Assembly (NCBI GenBank): GCA_002633005.1
Contig: NMRA01001039.1
Coordinates: 1 to 34,419, forward strand
Length of the DNA stretch: 34,419 nt
Direction of reading: 5' to 3'
Source of the DNA: Phoronis australis
Lineage: Eukaryota; Animalia; Phoronida
The notes beneath the pieces are model-generated. The model saw only the letters and a list, made by a program, of their open reading frames with translations. It ran no database searches and was not told the DNA's origin. Every line of letters starts with the position of its first letter. Positions within the stretch are counted from its first letter, which is position 1. Positions 1 through 11,600 of the stretch are shown piece by piece. A program made the translations under genes and the position numbers.

Positions 1-1987
1 GTTACATTATCGAACAAGAGGTAGCGCTAAATCCAACAAAAGACTAGCACAAGATGGCATTTTAGCCAATCACAAGCTCAGAAATTAAGTAACTGCAGAC
101 CTAATCTAACATGGCGGCTCCCTTAGAGATGCTGTCAACAAATACTGCATACACTTTCAAGCACTAAATTCATCTGATTTGCTAAGTTTCTCGAAAGTGA
201 CATGGGCAAAGAGCACTGGCTGAGTGAAAGAATGACTTTCCCTTGGAGATGAAGACAGTAATGAGCACAATGTGTGCCACCAGTTGGCATTTGCATCAAG
301 TAACTTCAGGGATTGGCGTGGCCGTGGGATTCAGGCAGTAGTATCACAAATCATGTTATAAAAGCTTACTGGCGTTACAAAGATTGAAAGAGGAAAGAGG
401 CAAGATAAACTATAAAGTATGCCGAGAATAGAACCCCCTGATTACGACCAAGATGATGGTTAAATTTTTCGTGGGAGTATGATAAATTGATGCAAGTCAC
501 TGAGTCAGTGCCTCAGGTCACTTCATACCCAAATCAACAAGTACCCAAGTCAAATTTCAAAAGTATTTCAAAACTACGTAATTTGGCAAAGCAGTGATTG
601 AAATCAATCAATCGTGCCATATTTATGAAAAACGACTCAATATTACCCGTTATTTAGTGAATGAAAATGAATATCTATTAGTAATGTTTTAGCACGGGTA
701 CTAATTGACTTGGGTGCGAGTTGGCTAAGGTACGAACTGATTGGAAAACCCTCATATGCACAACTCGTAAAAAGACTGGGTTCCCTGGATTCTGTGTCTG
801 GCCTGCTTGTGTTTGGATCGATCATCCAGATAATTAACTGAATAATCGGCCTGTGTGATGGCATTCAAATGCAGGTAGGACACATAATCCAATAACAAGA
901 TGACCATTTTCTTCAGTGTACATTGTTATTTTCTCAGTAACCATAATTCTGGGCATGGTGTAAGATATCTATCAAAATTATACTTTTTGTAATGTCCAGG
1001 GATTGGGGGAGAGGTAATCTCCATACTCGAAGCTCAGCTCGAAAAGTGACCAATTGCATGCCACAATTCTAGTAAATTCACTTGAATTGTGCACTGTGGA
1101 TAGTTAGGCTTTGAGTCTGAGTTTGGAGATTACACCCTGGGCCCAGGTGATTGGCCATCAATGTCATTATTGAAATCAAATAGTCGTTGGAATGCCGTGC
1201 GGTTACCGATGAATAAAAATATAAAATAGTCCATAGCACACCCTTGACAAAGAGCGCATCGCTCAAAACGTGGGGATATTTAAATATATTTTACTACCGA
1301 CGCTCGTCGTTTTACTATAGTGTTTTACTATAGTTCTACTATAATGTAATTATTGACTACAGAATGCACCTATATCTTTTACTCTCAGGTTTTGCTAAAA
1401 GGCGCATAGGTGCCTGAATTTCAGATTTAGGTGCAGCTTCACACATACGGTTGAAGTATAAGAAAACACATAGCAAATATGTTGAGAACAGTCATTTTTA
1501 TTGAGTTTTTACTCATTCAACATAGTTTGTTGTTGGTTTGCTTTCAAAGAAATTTTGTACAGTGTTGTTGGAATACTATATTCAAAAGTTCTACTTTTAT
1601 GTGTTTTTTTTTGAAATAAAATTTATTTGAGTGAAAGTACAATTTAGAATACTTGCATGATTGTAAAGACTTGTGTGCATAAATGAAATTTTATGTTAAT
1701 TTTCAAACAAAAAATTGTTTTCAAGACCATTTTGCATGGAAACCCATGGGTATCTTTTTCACTTTTGAGCACAACACGTTAGGCCGTGTATATGCATGTC
1801 TTATTTTGAGTGTTTACTATCTGTCTTTTGATCATTCTTTTTACTTCCATTCAATTATTGCACTAAAGAATTGAGTTCATGTCAACATCTATCATTTTTA
1901 GGACAGGCCTACAATGCTTTCCATATTTTTAACCTTTGAAAACGGTTTTTATTTTTAATTTGCTTGGTTGTAATTGGGTTGTTTTTG

Positions 1988-2489
1988 GATGCTGCTATGG
2001 CAGGAAATGGCATGGACCTTTTGATCATAGTACAGGGAAGAGATCTGGTAGCACTCGAAGTCAAATACCATCGTTCTTGCTACAAAAGCTTCACAGAAAA
2101 CTAACGATAGTGAAATTTTCACACATGTACTTCAAGAGTTTTGCTTTGAAGTTGTGGAGCAACGAATAATCTCGCATGGGAAAATATTGCATTTGACTTT
2201 GTTAAAGTCACTCCTCGAGGAAACTTTATCCAAAAGAGGTTGTAATGTATCTGTCCGAACTAGAAATCTGAAATTGAAATTACCCTATTCTTACAATTCC
2301 TTAGTTCAAAACAGAATCAGAGTGAATTGTTGTTAAACAAACAATTGTTCTTCTGTAAATGTTGGACTAAAATGCACTGAAATGTGCAAGTGCCAAAACT
2401 GTGGGAATGTCAAAGTTAGTGATGAAATTGAGTCAGATGATGAGACACAGTGTGATGGACTTGCATCCCAGCCGGAGGAACTTGGATAG
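1988..2489 (+). pseudogene. Degenerate, internally deleted Academ-like DNA transposase remnant
   Basis: Frame from 1988 reads DAAMAGNGMDLLIIVQGRDLVALEVKYHRSCYKSFT (DLVAxExKYHxxCY motif). After a frameshift near 2100 it reads FTHVLQEFCFEVVEQRIISHGKILHLTLLKSLL...RTRNLKLKL, then jumps to a C-terminal Cys cluster and acidic tail, NCSSVNVGLKCTEMCKCQNCGN...DDETQ...*. The N-terminal motif plus CXC-like C-terminal zinc finger is what I recognise from Academ (AcademX) proteins. The catalytic middle is missing. Confidence 0.7.
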
Positions 2490-2875
2490 ATTGTATCTCA
2501 TCAAGAGACAGAAACCAGGCTAGTAACTGGTCCAGTGAGCCTGGTGATTTGTAAAACATTTTTCTATTTTCATATTTACATCTCTAGTAATGGTTTTTTA
2601 TCTTGTTAATTTCTCGGCATTTTGTACTTCATCCAATTGCATTTGTTGCTATTCTATACTTTTTGTCCTCATTTTTTGAAAAATTGTATGCTTTGGACTT
2701 GTAGCAGTGATTGCTTTTGTATGACAGATTAGTAAATATGTGATAAAATAAAAGTGAGTCATAGACAGTTTGATAATTATAGTTTTACCAACAGTAAAAA
2801 CAGCATAAAACACTATGAATGGTAGTTCCATATTTCACCAACAGGTGGCACCCATAAATTCATATTTCTTCCATA

Positions 2876-2935
2876 ATTCTATGTTTTAATTGAAAAACAC
2901 AAACGTTGTTGTGTTTTTCAATTAAAACATAGAAT
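2876..2935. repeat. Perfect 27-bp inverted repeat (hairpin) with 6-nt loop
   Basis: ATTCTATGTTTTAATTGAAAAACACAA-acgttg-TTGTGTTTTTCAATTAAAACATAGAAT; the arms are exact reverse complements. Confidence 0.95.
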
Positions 2936-4468
2936 AACTTAATACAGCATGTAGGAATAATATCTGCAATATCATCCTTTATGGTCACTTAATTTCCTTC
3001 TTTTCTAACTTTTTAATTCCATGTAAAATTTGCTGAATCGGCACAATTTTAACATCAAATTTCACAAAAATGTGCAAGTTTAAACGTGGTAACTTTTTTG
3101 ATTCATAAAGTAGAATGATTTTGACATCAAAAACGCCTGAATTAAATTGCCCCCCAAAAATGGTCACAGAAGTGGTTTTATAGGCCACCTGTGGCCTGCG
3201 GCCCATGGCCTATTTTGAGAAGCCAGCAATGAACAAATCACTGCGTTACTGGCTTTAAATGCAATTAGCTAATTAAGCGGGCACCGTGGCCGTGTGAGTG
3301 CATGCTAATTCAGTGTTTGTTGACAGAAAGCTGTTGGGAAACAACAACTCGATTTTATATCCTATGGTCACGTGTTAGGGGAATCTTTATTTAGATATGC
3401 ATATGCATTATTCAAATCATTGTTGCTGTACAACGGTTACGTGGAAGGGTAACCTGACTTCGACGGAGCCCGACGAACTAGTAAACACATTTGAAGTTTC
3501 GCGGCTTATTCACCAAAATAATCACGTGCGCATTTTTTCTTTGGCTCACTAGTCTTTTCGTGACTGGAAGTTTAGTTTCCAACTTTGGGTGGCTTGTGTT
3601 CGTGATGTCTTCAGTCCGGCCGCGATGGGCCTGATCGGGTTCCGAGCCACTGGCCAGGATAGCAAGTGTTTTGTGTGTTTAGACCTGAAAAAATCGCAAG
3701 TCTAAAATTAAGCACACAGCTATGTTCTCCTGTCTGTGTTTCACGGACGAATAATTTGAATTTATCACCGAACAGACCCCAAACTCCAGCGACCGACCTT
3801 GGTAAATTGGCCTACCGAACTATGTAGGCTACGGTACGTTCAAATACCTAAATATGCGTAACAGCGAAATAAAATAACACCTTTGTTCAATAACTCGATG
3901 TATTTGTAAGGGTTTTACATCAAATTTTGATGATTTATTGGTGTAAAACGACGAATTCAAGCGATAAACTGACACCAGTAAGCGTGTTGTGAACTGCTGA
4001 AGAGACTGCACTCGAGCCTCTGACGTCATTGGTTAATTTCAACACCTTCGTCTGTCGTCAGGTGTCAGGTAAAAGAACTGTATTTGCTGTTATCGAGTGG
4101 AACTACTCGATCGAAATTGATGCAAATTGGATTGTTTTTGGGTGGCATTCTCCTTTAAGTTTTCTCAGGGCCACAAGCTATAAAAAGTGTGAGGCCCTAA
4201 TCCTCACAGTTCTCACCATTTGCCACAATTTTCGAACTGCCTCGGTGGCCACAGCTTTCGAGGGGACTTGTGGCGACGACACGGGCCCAATTATACTTCC
4301 ACTGGTCGATACGACGTTTGAGAGACCCATGTGTCGACGAGACAGTTCCCCTATTTCGTGTGGCCACTGCAGTTTTTTTTTTTTTTTTAGCTTAATGGAT
4401 TCCCCGTCTCCTGGTCATCACATTTTTTACCCCTTGTGAAGATATGCCTCTATTTTAGAGTCCCTTAA

Positions 4469-4908
4469 AGATGCTAGGTCTCATTAAAACCGTGAATATT
4501 TAAATTTGTAGCAATCGCCACCTTGTGACTTCCTGTAGAACTGTTTGCTCAAGCATAACTAGGAAAAGAAACAATTTGTAAATAAACTGCGGTTTTAAAG
4601 AAAACACCACAACTGATACACTTCAAAACAAGTGTAAACAAATAGAAAAATCTAGTAATTCCAAATATTACGCAATCGTTAATTCATTGTGAAATGAACA
4701 AATAATAAAAACTGTGCCTTGTTTCATTAGGGTAACGATGACATATTATCATACTCATTTACATAAAAATAATCTCGCAAAACGAGACTTTAGCGAGATT
4801 GTAATGATACCTGGTTCTCGGATGGCTTCCGGTACATCGGAAAACCCGGGATTTTTTGTAAATTGGTACTTCACTTGCAAATACACAATTTAATGAGACG
4901 TAGCATCT
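4469..4908. mobile_element. Kolobok-like MITE (TTAA TSD)
   Basis: TTAA at 4465-4468 and 4909-4912. TIR AGATGCTAGGTCTCATTAAA / TTTAATGAGACGTAGCATCT (1 mismatch in 20). Purine-start termini with a TTAA TSD fit Kolobok rather than piggyBac. Confidence 0.8.
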
Positions 4909-5404
4909 TTAAGCTGTAGCTTATTTAGCTTGATAGAGAATCCGGCACTGTCTGCCTTGATGGCTCATTCATGAGTGTACGTTTCTCCTATCGGAAATTG
5001 TCCTCGTTGTTATTAAAGATTTTTTCATTGGCTGCACCCGATTCTCTTACCCGGCGTACGTTAGTTTAGTTGGGTCAACCGGTAAGGCATCTGATTGATT
5101 TGGGAGTCGGAAAGCACCATCGGTAATCTGCCAGTCAAATGTTCTGGACGACCAACTCGGTTGACCCCGCTTACGCCCAGTGTTGTAGTGGGGCGTAGGC
5201 GCCCGTTGGCGCAGCCAACCACCTTTTGGCATTTGAACGTAGCGCCTACTCCCCGTAAGTTACGTTCAGTGCTCAAGGTGATATGGTGGACCACGGGGGC
5301 TTACTTACCTGTAATTTTACCACTATACCACTGCTTACGCCGACAAGGTGAATAACGTGCAGACATTGAAAAATTGCGGCATCTCTTTTCTGTTTCTCCA
5401 ACAG

Positions 5405-5567
5405 CCATGTGTGGATCCATTGGGAACTCAATCCTGATAATTACCCTGCTCAAACACCGCAAACTCCGAAGTGGCGTCAACACTGTGGCTCTCAATATGG
5501 CCGCTAGCGATCTAGGAAGTGCTACCTTTATGTACCCTATAGCAGCTGCATCCAGCTTCACTAACAG
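5405..5567 (+). CDS. Opsin-like GPCR (group 4/tetraopsin), internal exon encoding TM1-TM2
   Basis: Pyrimidine tract + CAG acceptor (ttttctgtttctccaacag|) and donor ag|gtatat. Encodes AMCGSIGNSILIITLLKHRKLRSGVNTVALNMAASDLGSATFMYPIAAASSFTN, with GN (N55), KLR..N, NxAxxD (D83) and YP..AASS. Phase 1 in, phase 2 out. Confidence 0.88.
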
Positions 5568-7652
5568 GTATATTAACCATATGCACTAACATTACCAGCC
5601 TTTTGCAATTTCAATGTCTTTTCAAATCGTTGCTAAATACTGGCAAGTACATAAAACATAAAGTTACCCTGGGAAGCTCGCATCTTTTTAAAGTATGTCA
5701 GGAATAAGCTTCTCGTTTTTCGTTGTCTAAACCGTGCTCGTTCTATACAATTTTAACAGCTTCCCTATGGCGTTATCATGTACATATATAAAGGTATGTT
5801 TGTATATTGTACCATTTTGGGACTGACTTGAGCTATTTAGGCGACAGCGTCAAACTTAACGGCTCTATGGATAGACACTGACGTCTTGGCATTCGTCTCC
5901 ATCGCATCTGCTGTTCATTTCAGTCAAAACGACTGTAAAGTCTTCGAGTTTGTGCACTTCAAACTACATTTGATTACCTGTTTTACTCGTTGATTGGATA
6001 ATAATTCTCAGTTGGTCTTAAACTGGAATCACTCTTATTCTCAAGATTAGATGTGTGTCACAATTTGTAACATTAGCGGTACTCAACCAAACCAGACCTT
6101 AAGTAAAGCAAGGATTTATAAGCTATTAAATGCGAACAAATTCGGACAGATACGGTAGTTTTTCGATACATAACGGATTTTTGTAGTAAGAATTCCCACA
6201 AATACGATTTGAGATAGCTTGAATGAACTAGGAATTCCATGTTTATTCTGATACTTACGAGTTCACATGCGACCCACCAAATAAGGCAGTATCAGGATGT
6301 GACCTACATGATTTAGCACAGTTTATACTAGAAATACAAATGTGTTTACTAGATACGAGTGATTTTCCAAGTATCAGACGCTCAAAAAGTGGACCAGACT
6401 TTTTTTGAAAATTTCCATAATTGATCGTCCAAATATGGCGTGCAGTGAGGTCTGTGGCAAGTGGCCAAAGTGGAGATTAGAAATTTAACCATCGGTGCGT
6501 AGCCTTCGTCTGTTTGGTTTTACGCAGGAGAAATTTTCCGTTAGAAAAGACCAGGCTTGGATTTAGAGGGAAACCCATTGCACAAGCTGGTATTCCTTAT
6601 GTAGTAATGTACATGATAACGTCAAACGGAAATTAGACTGACAAACACATTGTCCAATCTACCTTTTTCATGTTTTTTTTTCTTTGTTTGCATGTAGTGT
6701 CATGTTCAGACTAATCTGCGCCAAGTAATTATGAAGATGCGCAATTTTGAATGTTTAATGATGACTTACTTTCCACCATTGTGACGCGATTTGGACCCAA
6801 AAATACGAATAACAATGTATAGCCTCATCAAAACATTTCCAGGCTTGGATTTTCCGATTCAGGTAACCACGGGGCATTTCAGCACTTAGAGTGTTTTCAA
6901 AAATGATGCGTCTGGTTTAAACGGAGTGCCTCGACAAGGACTGCACCCACTGTATTCCACCGCGGAGTTGAGAACGATTTAACATTGGCTATATCCATAG
7001 TAGGGTAAAAACTTTCGAAATGCTTAGTAATTTTCTGTGCAACGTAAACTTAGTCTAATCATTATTTTTGTTTTTAGTATTCGCATTTTAACTTTATTTG
7101 ACCGAGTCCAAACCGTCAACATGACGTCATACTAAACAGGCGATACTTTCTGGCAGTTTGGCTCGATAGTTATTGACCTTTCAAGCACTAAGTGTAGAAA
7201 TGTGTTATTTTTCTTTCAGTGATATTGTCAAAGCTGCCATAAACTGTCAAAAAAATGTTTTGATTTAGATCACGCACTGTCTGAAAACTGGTCTCAAATC
7301 GTTCGTTACCCAGGTAAGAGATGATTTGTGGGCCCGGGAAGAACTTGCGCTTCGTTATTGCTTAAAGAGGCGTTGAGCGCGATAAACAGACTAAGTTGCA
7401 ATATTGAAAGTGGTTCCCTGCCAATGAAACAGAATTTAATCTGCTCACCGGCTATTTTAAGGTTTGCTCGTAAATATTTGTGATTTCTGTAGATATCAAA
7501 GCATTTTCTTTTAGTTTCAAATTTCAAAAAAACGATTTGTCAACTGTCCGTCACTTCGCTGATTTTTCTCCCACAAGGCAAAGCACGTCGTTGGTATGGC
7601 ATGACATAGGCGTAGCATTTTTCCCTTTCACCTCAAGTGGTTTCAAGCAACA

Positions 7653-7725
7653 GACTGTGAGTGCATGCGCGCATTTATCATAAGGGGAGGGACATTAGAA
7701 CTCTGTGGTAACCACAGAGTTTTTC
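7653..7725 (+). repeat. Dispersed repeat ending in palindrome ACTCTGTGGTAACCACAGAGT (copy 1)
   Basis: About 73 bp similar to the reverse complement of 14812-14886. Both end in the same hairpin followed by a T run. Confidence 0.7.
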
Positions 7726-10351
7726 AAAAATCGTGAACTTCGTGTTTTTTGGAAATTTCCTCAAAGGGGAAAACTGAATTACTCTGTACTAGACGTTACA
7801 ATATGGTACTCACGTCAGGAATTGTTTAAAAGATATTTTTGTCGAGCAACCCTAAATATGCCAACTTCACGTTGTGGAATATTTTTTCAGCCTAGTATGA
7901 CCTCCTATAACGTTCTTTTCAAGCCCATAAACCTTGTCTAATCTGATTAATAAAGACCAGATTTACGAAGGTAAGTGGTCTAAATCAAAAGTTTAGTAAT
8001 GCTGGAAAATTGTTGTAGCAGGTTTAATCAACCTAGGGTGAACTATTAAGGGACATTTTCTTTTTAGTTACTACCAAAAACATAAATTACCGTGGATTTC
8101 CGAAAGAAACCCCGCCCACGTCAAGGCTCTTTCGGAAACAGGTACCATAACCCCCACCCCTCATGTGTGAGCTTTCGGGATAATTTTCAATTTCTGAAGC
8201 GTATGGAAAATCTGACAAAGTATCATGGTTTTTCAGCTTGATTCTTAAAATGACCGTCAAAACATTTTAAGTACATCAATGGCTTGTCAACGGGGTCGTC
8301 AACGGACTACTCTAAAGTCACAAGCCAAACTGCTTTTAAAGTGAAACCTGTCTGATATTTCAAGTTGATTAAAGTTAATATTTTAGTAAAAACAAACCAA
8401 CAACTGAACTGAGTTTAATTTCCTAATTCAAAGTATGTTACTTACTCCTTATCACACGTTTCAATCCCACGGCTCAATCAGAGCGTTGTGGTAAGCAATT
8501 CACGTATCCGGGGAGCCCCACCACAGTTCCCAAAGAGCCCCCTTGGGGATTTTTGTGGACACAAAATCACTTCGGGAAAATGGGTTACTTCAGCTACCTG
8601 TGGAAGCGATTCCGTGGCAGCGCCTCTGAGTTCCAGCAAATCACCTAAACCCTGGTCCCGGACCAGCAAACAGTGAGCTCGCGGTAAAGTCCGCATCGCT
8701 AAACTCTACACACGCACTGAAAATACTCCATACCCGGTGACCAAGATCATATCCTCGGATTTAACTCCAATGTATGTCTCAAACCTTTCTAAAGAATAAT
8801 AGGAAATAATTTTTATCTTCAAATGGATCATTCATTTGGTGGTATAAACCAACCTCTATTACAACAACGAGTTTTTTAACCAGTTCGTTGCATGATTTTC
8901 ATTTCCGTGAGCGGGGGATGGATTACCTTTCTAACTGATCTTTGTGAAACACTAACTTCAGGAAACCATTTTGTGCAATCATTTGATGACAAGTGGCCAA
9001 AATGTCAGCGTTATGCATTAACTGTGTGGGTATAGGCTAGCAGAGTTTCGAAAACCAAACTGTCGCATCTGTCCTACATCGATGTCACGGATGCTAGTTC
9101 GACCATATGCTCTTGCGTGGGGGCGTCGTGAGGCGGAATATATCGGTGCACTTCTAAAGTTGTGTAAGTAACTATATAACTCCCACTTCACCTGTGTCTC
9201 AAAATATGGTTGCGATTTACGTTTAATTCCTTTGAACTTCGTCAATGTCGTTTTATATTCGCATAACGATTCATGTGAAAAGATTGCCACTCTCTCTCGA
9301 AATTTATCGCTAAATTTATCCACAAGCGTGCATCGTGACAAACAGTTATAGCTGCACAAATATACTTTTCGGCAAAAAAATAACTTCTCATTTAGACCAC
9401 TTGAAACTCTGAAATTGGTCTCAAATTTGAGCTAATTGACAGTAGCTAAATTGGTTGTCTCCGCCCACTCGATCACGAGACACGGTCTTAGATTATAGGG
9501 CGTCCTTGCGAATTCGAGGAGGACGACTTGCCAGTAAATCTTAAGTTAGTTCTGTTAAACATTTACACTTGCGTAGGGTCTTTCTTCGGTTAAGGGACGA
9601 CGAACAAGACATAATTGACACGTTTTCGTGAAAAGTAGCACACACTTAAAATTAATTTCCAATGAAATTTGTTTAATGTTACATTATATTGACTGGTCGT
9701 TTTAACCTCGGGGAAGTTTTCACTGTTTGTTTTAAAGATCCGCACATGGTTGGCGAAAATGGGGCTTTCCAAAATGGCTACCTATTTCTGAATGAAGATT
9801 TGAGAGGTACGCGGGACGTGCTGCTTAGAAGGGTGACTTTTTCACAACCAATTTCCCACCAAAATGGCTGCTTCAAAGTCTGCATAAGGTTCCTATTCCA
9901 ACTACACACATCTACAAAAGGGTTTAAGGCAGCATTTTGCCCTGCTCAGCTGGGCAAAAAAAAAACAAAAAATTAAATTGGGCTTTTACTCTCTCGGTCC
10001 CGTAATATTCCTTCAATTGACCGTTACCAACAAGAAAAGAACATAAGTAATGCACAAATACGCAGTTTTCGAATTATGATTTTAGGGTTGCCCAACCCCA
10101 ATAAACTCTGAAGCGTTTTCTTAAGTCACTGAGGGATTCGCTGTTCTTATTCGTATCGGAAATATAATCCTATCACGGTAAAGAATGTCATGCGACCGAT
10201 TTTTTAGAATAAAAGGCCTGATTCGGTTATCGTTTTTAGCCAGGTAAACGGTGAAATGACGCTTTTAGATTATCTATAATTTTGAAATTTGGAAACAACA
10301 TGGAATCTCTTTATACAAATATGTAGTTCTTAAACCGACGTGGAAATGCAT

Positions 10352-10530
10352 ATCGCAAACATTTTTAAGTCTGGCCAGCACGCCACCTGTGGTCCCGATG
10401 GGAGTTCAGTGGCTCAGTCTGCATGGGTAGCAGGAAATCGCGGGTTCGAGTCCCGGTTGTGGCAGAAATCTTATATTCACATGATGTGGCCACGGGTGGC
10501 GTGCTGGCCAGACTTAAAAAGGCTTGCGAT
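10352..10530 (+). mobile_element. Small fold-back element with a tRNA-like (Pol III box) core
   Basis: 31-bp arms 10362-10392 and 10490-10520 (1 mismatch), extending imperfectly to ATCGCAA/TTGCGAT. They enclose TGGCTCAGTC (A-box-like) and GGTTCGAGTCCC (B box). Confidence 0.7.
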
Positions 10531-11304
10531 GAAATCTCATCTTGTACGTGTACACCGTTAGCTGTCCTAGAATCCTTACGCCGGAAAGGCCGGCTAGTTT
10601 TGTGGAATTATCCCCTACCAAACTAAGGGTAGTGTTTCTGGAAAAATTACCAAAATGTGATTTTTTCGTCGAAGCTCCCTGCAAATGGATACCTCTTTTA
10701 GAGTCCCCTTCTAATAAGGGTGGTTAACTAGTTTTCCAGCGTCACCCTCGCCAAAAATATAGTCGAGTACTCTCCGGAACTTGGTGATGCCATTGACAGC
10801 ACAACAGATTTTAGTTGTTCAGTATCTGTATGTTACATTTTCGTTTGGGTTGCACGCATCTCAGTGGCTTTTGATAGCCGCACCGTCAGTGGGCTGCAAT
10901 TACCTAAATCACTTACAAAATGAAATCATACACCTACAGTTTACTTTTCTGAAGCCACGCAAAACAACAACATGAGTAGTTAGTGCATATACTTCTCTAC
11001 TTTTGCTTTTTACTACGTCACCAGTTTATGTAAGCTAGAGTTACAGGTGTTCGTCAACCAACAACACAATGCGTGCTCAGCAGTTCAGAAAATCAATACT
11101 AGATGGCGCTAGAAAATCCCAGTTGTGGGTGGGTATTTTTCAGTTATGTAAGCATTTCATGGTAAGCCTCCCACATCTTGTAACTTGTCATTTGTGGCTT
11201 TTCTGCAATAAACAGCTTGTCATGACGAAAGGCAGTGACTACCGGTTGTGGTTTGAATATGGTGTTGATTGTTTTCTTGTAAATAACGTTGTCCTACTTT
11301 GCAG

Positions 11305-11429
11305 CTGGGTAGCAGGAGACGTAGGATGTCACGTGTACGGCGCTGTATCTTACCTCAGCTCCATCGTCAGTATGGTTTCATTCATGAATATCGCCTGCTA
11401 CAGATACGGAGTCGTTTGCACAAAACATG
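11305..11429 (+). CDS. Opsin-like GPCR, internal exon encoding ECL1-TM3
   Basis: Acceptor ctactttgcag|, donor g|gtaaac. Phase 2 in matches the previous exon (AG+C=Ser). Encodes WVAGDVGCHVYGAVSYLSSIVSMVSFMNIACYRYGVVCTKH, with C110, Y113 and YRY at the E/DRY motif. Confidence 0.9.
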
Positions 11430-11456
11430 GTAAACCAGGTCACTAAAGTTTGCATT

Positions 11457-11600
11457 CTGGCGGATCTAGGTATCACGAGGGAGCGGCCACAATAGGCAAA
11501 GGGCGGCCGTTTGCGATAGCCCTACAATTGGTCTGTGGCTTGTATTTTTGGCTATGACTTGAGGGGTGGGTTGGGCCCCTCGCTTACCTAAATCCGCCTG
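11457..11600. mobile_element. Short hAT-like MITE
   Basis: Inverted ends CTGGCGGATCTAGG / CCTAAATCCGCCTG; TSD not clearly preserved. Confidence 0.55.

Larger units (their letters stand above)
1227..3212 (+). mobile_element. Approximate extent of the non-autonomous Academ-like element
   Basis: Imperfect inverted ends TAGTCCATAG (about 1227) and CCATGGCCTA (ending 3212) bracket the transposase remnant. No clean TSD is visible, so the boundaries are tentative. Confidence 0.35.

Noticed and set aside
5095-5347. ORF upstream of the opsin TM1 exon with an in-frame phase-1 donor (CAAG|GTGAAT) as a candidate first exon
   Set aside because: It would place YHCLRRQ directly within TM1, has no convincing ATG or opsin-like N-terminus, and implies a 57-bp intron. 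The real first exon was not identified.
8478-8696. GC-richer patch with ORFs on both strands inside the opsin intron
   Set aside because: No identifiable domain, repeat boundary or splice signals.
11069-11304. N-terminal extensions of ORFs 11069-11446 and 14058-14486
   Set aside because: Intronic read-through upstream of clear splice acceptors; only the exon portions resemble an opsin.
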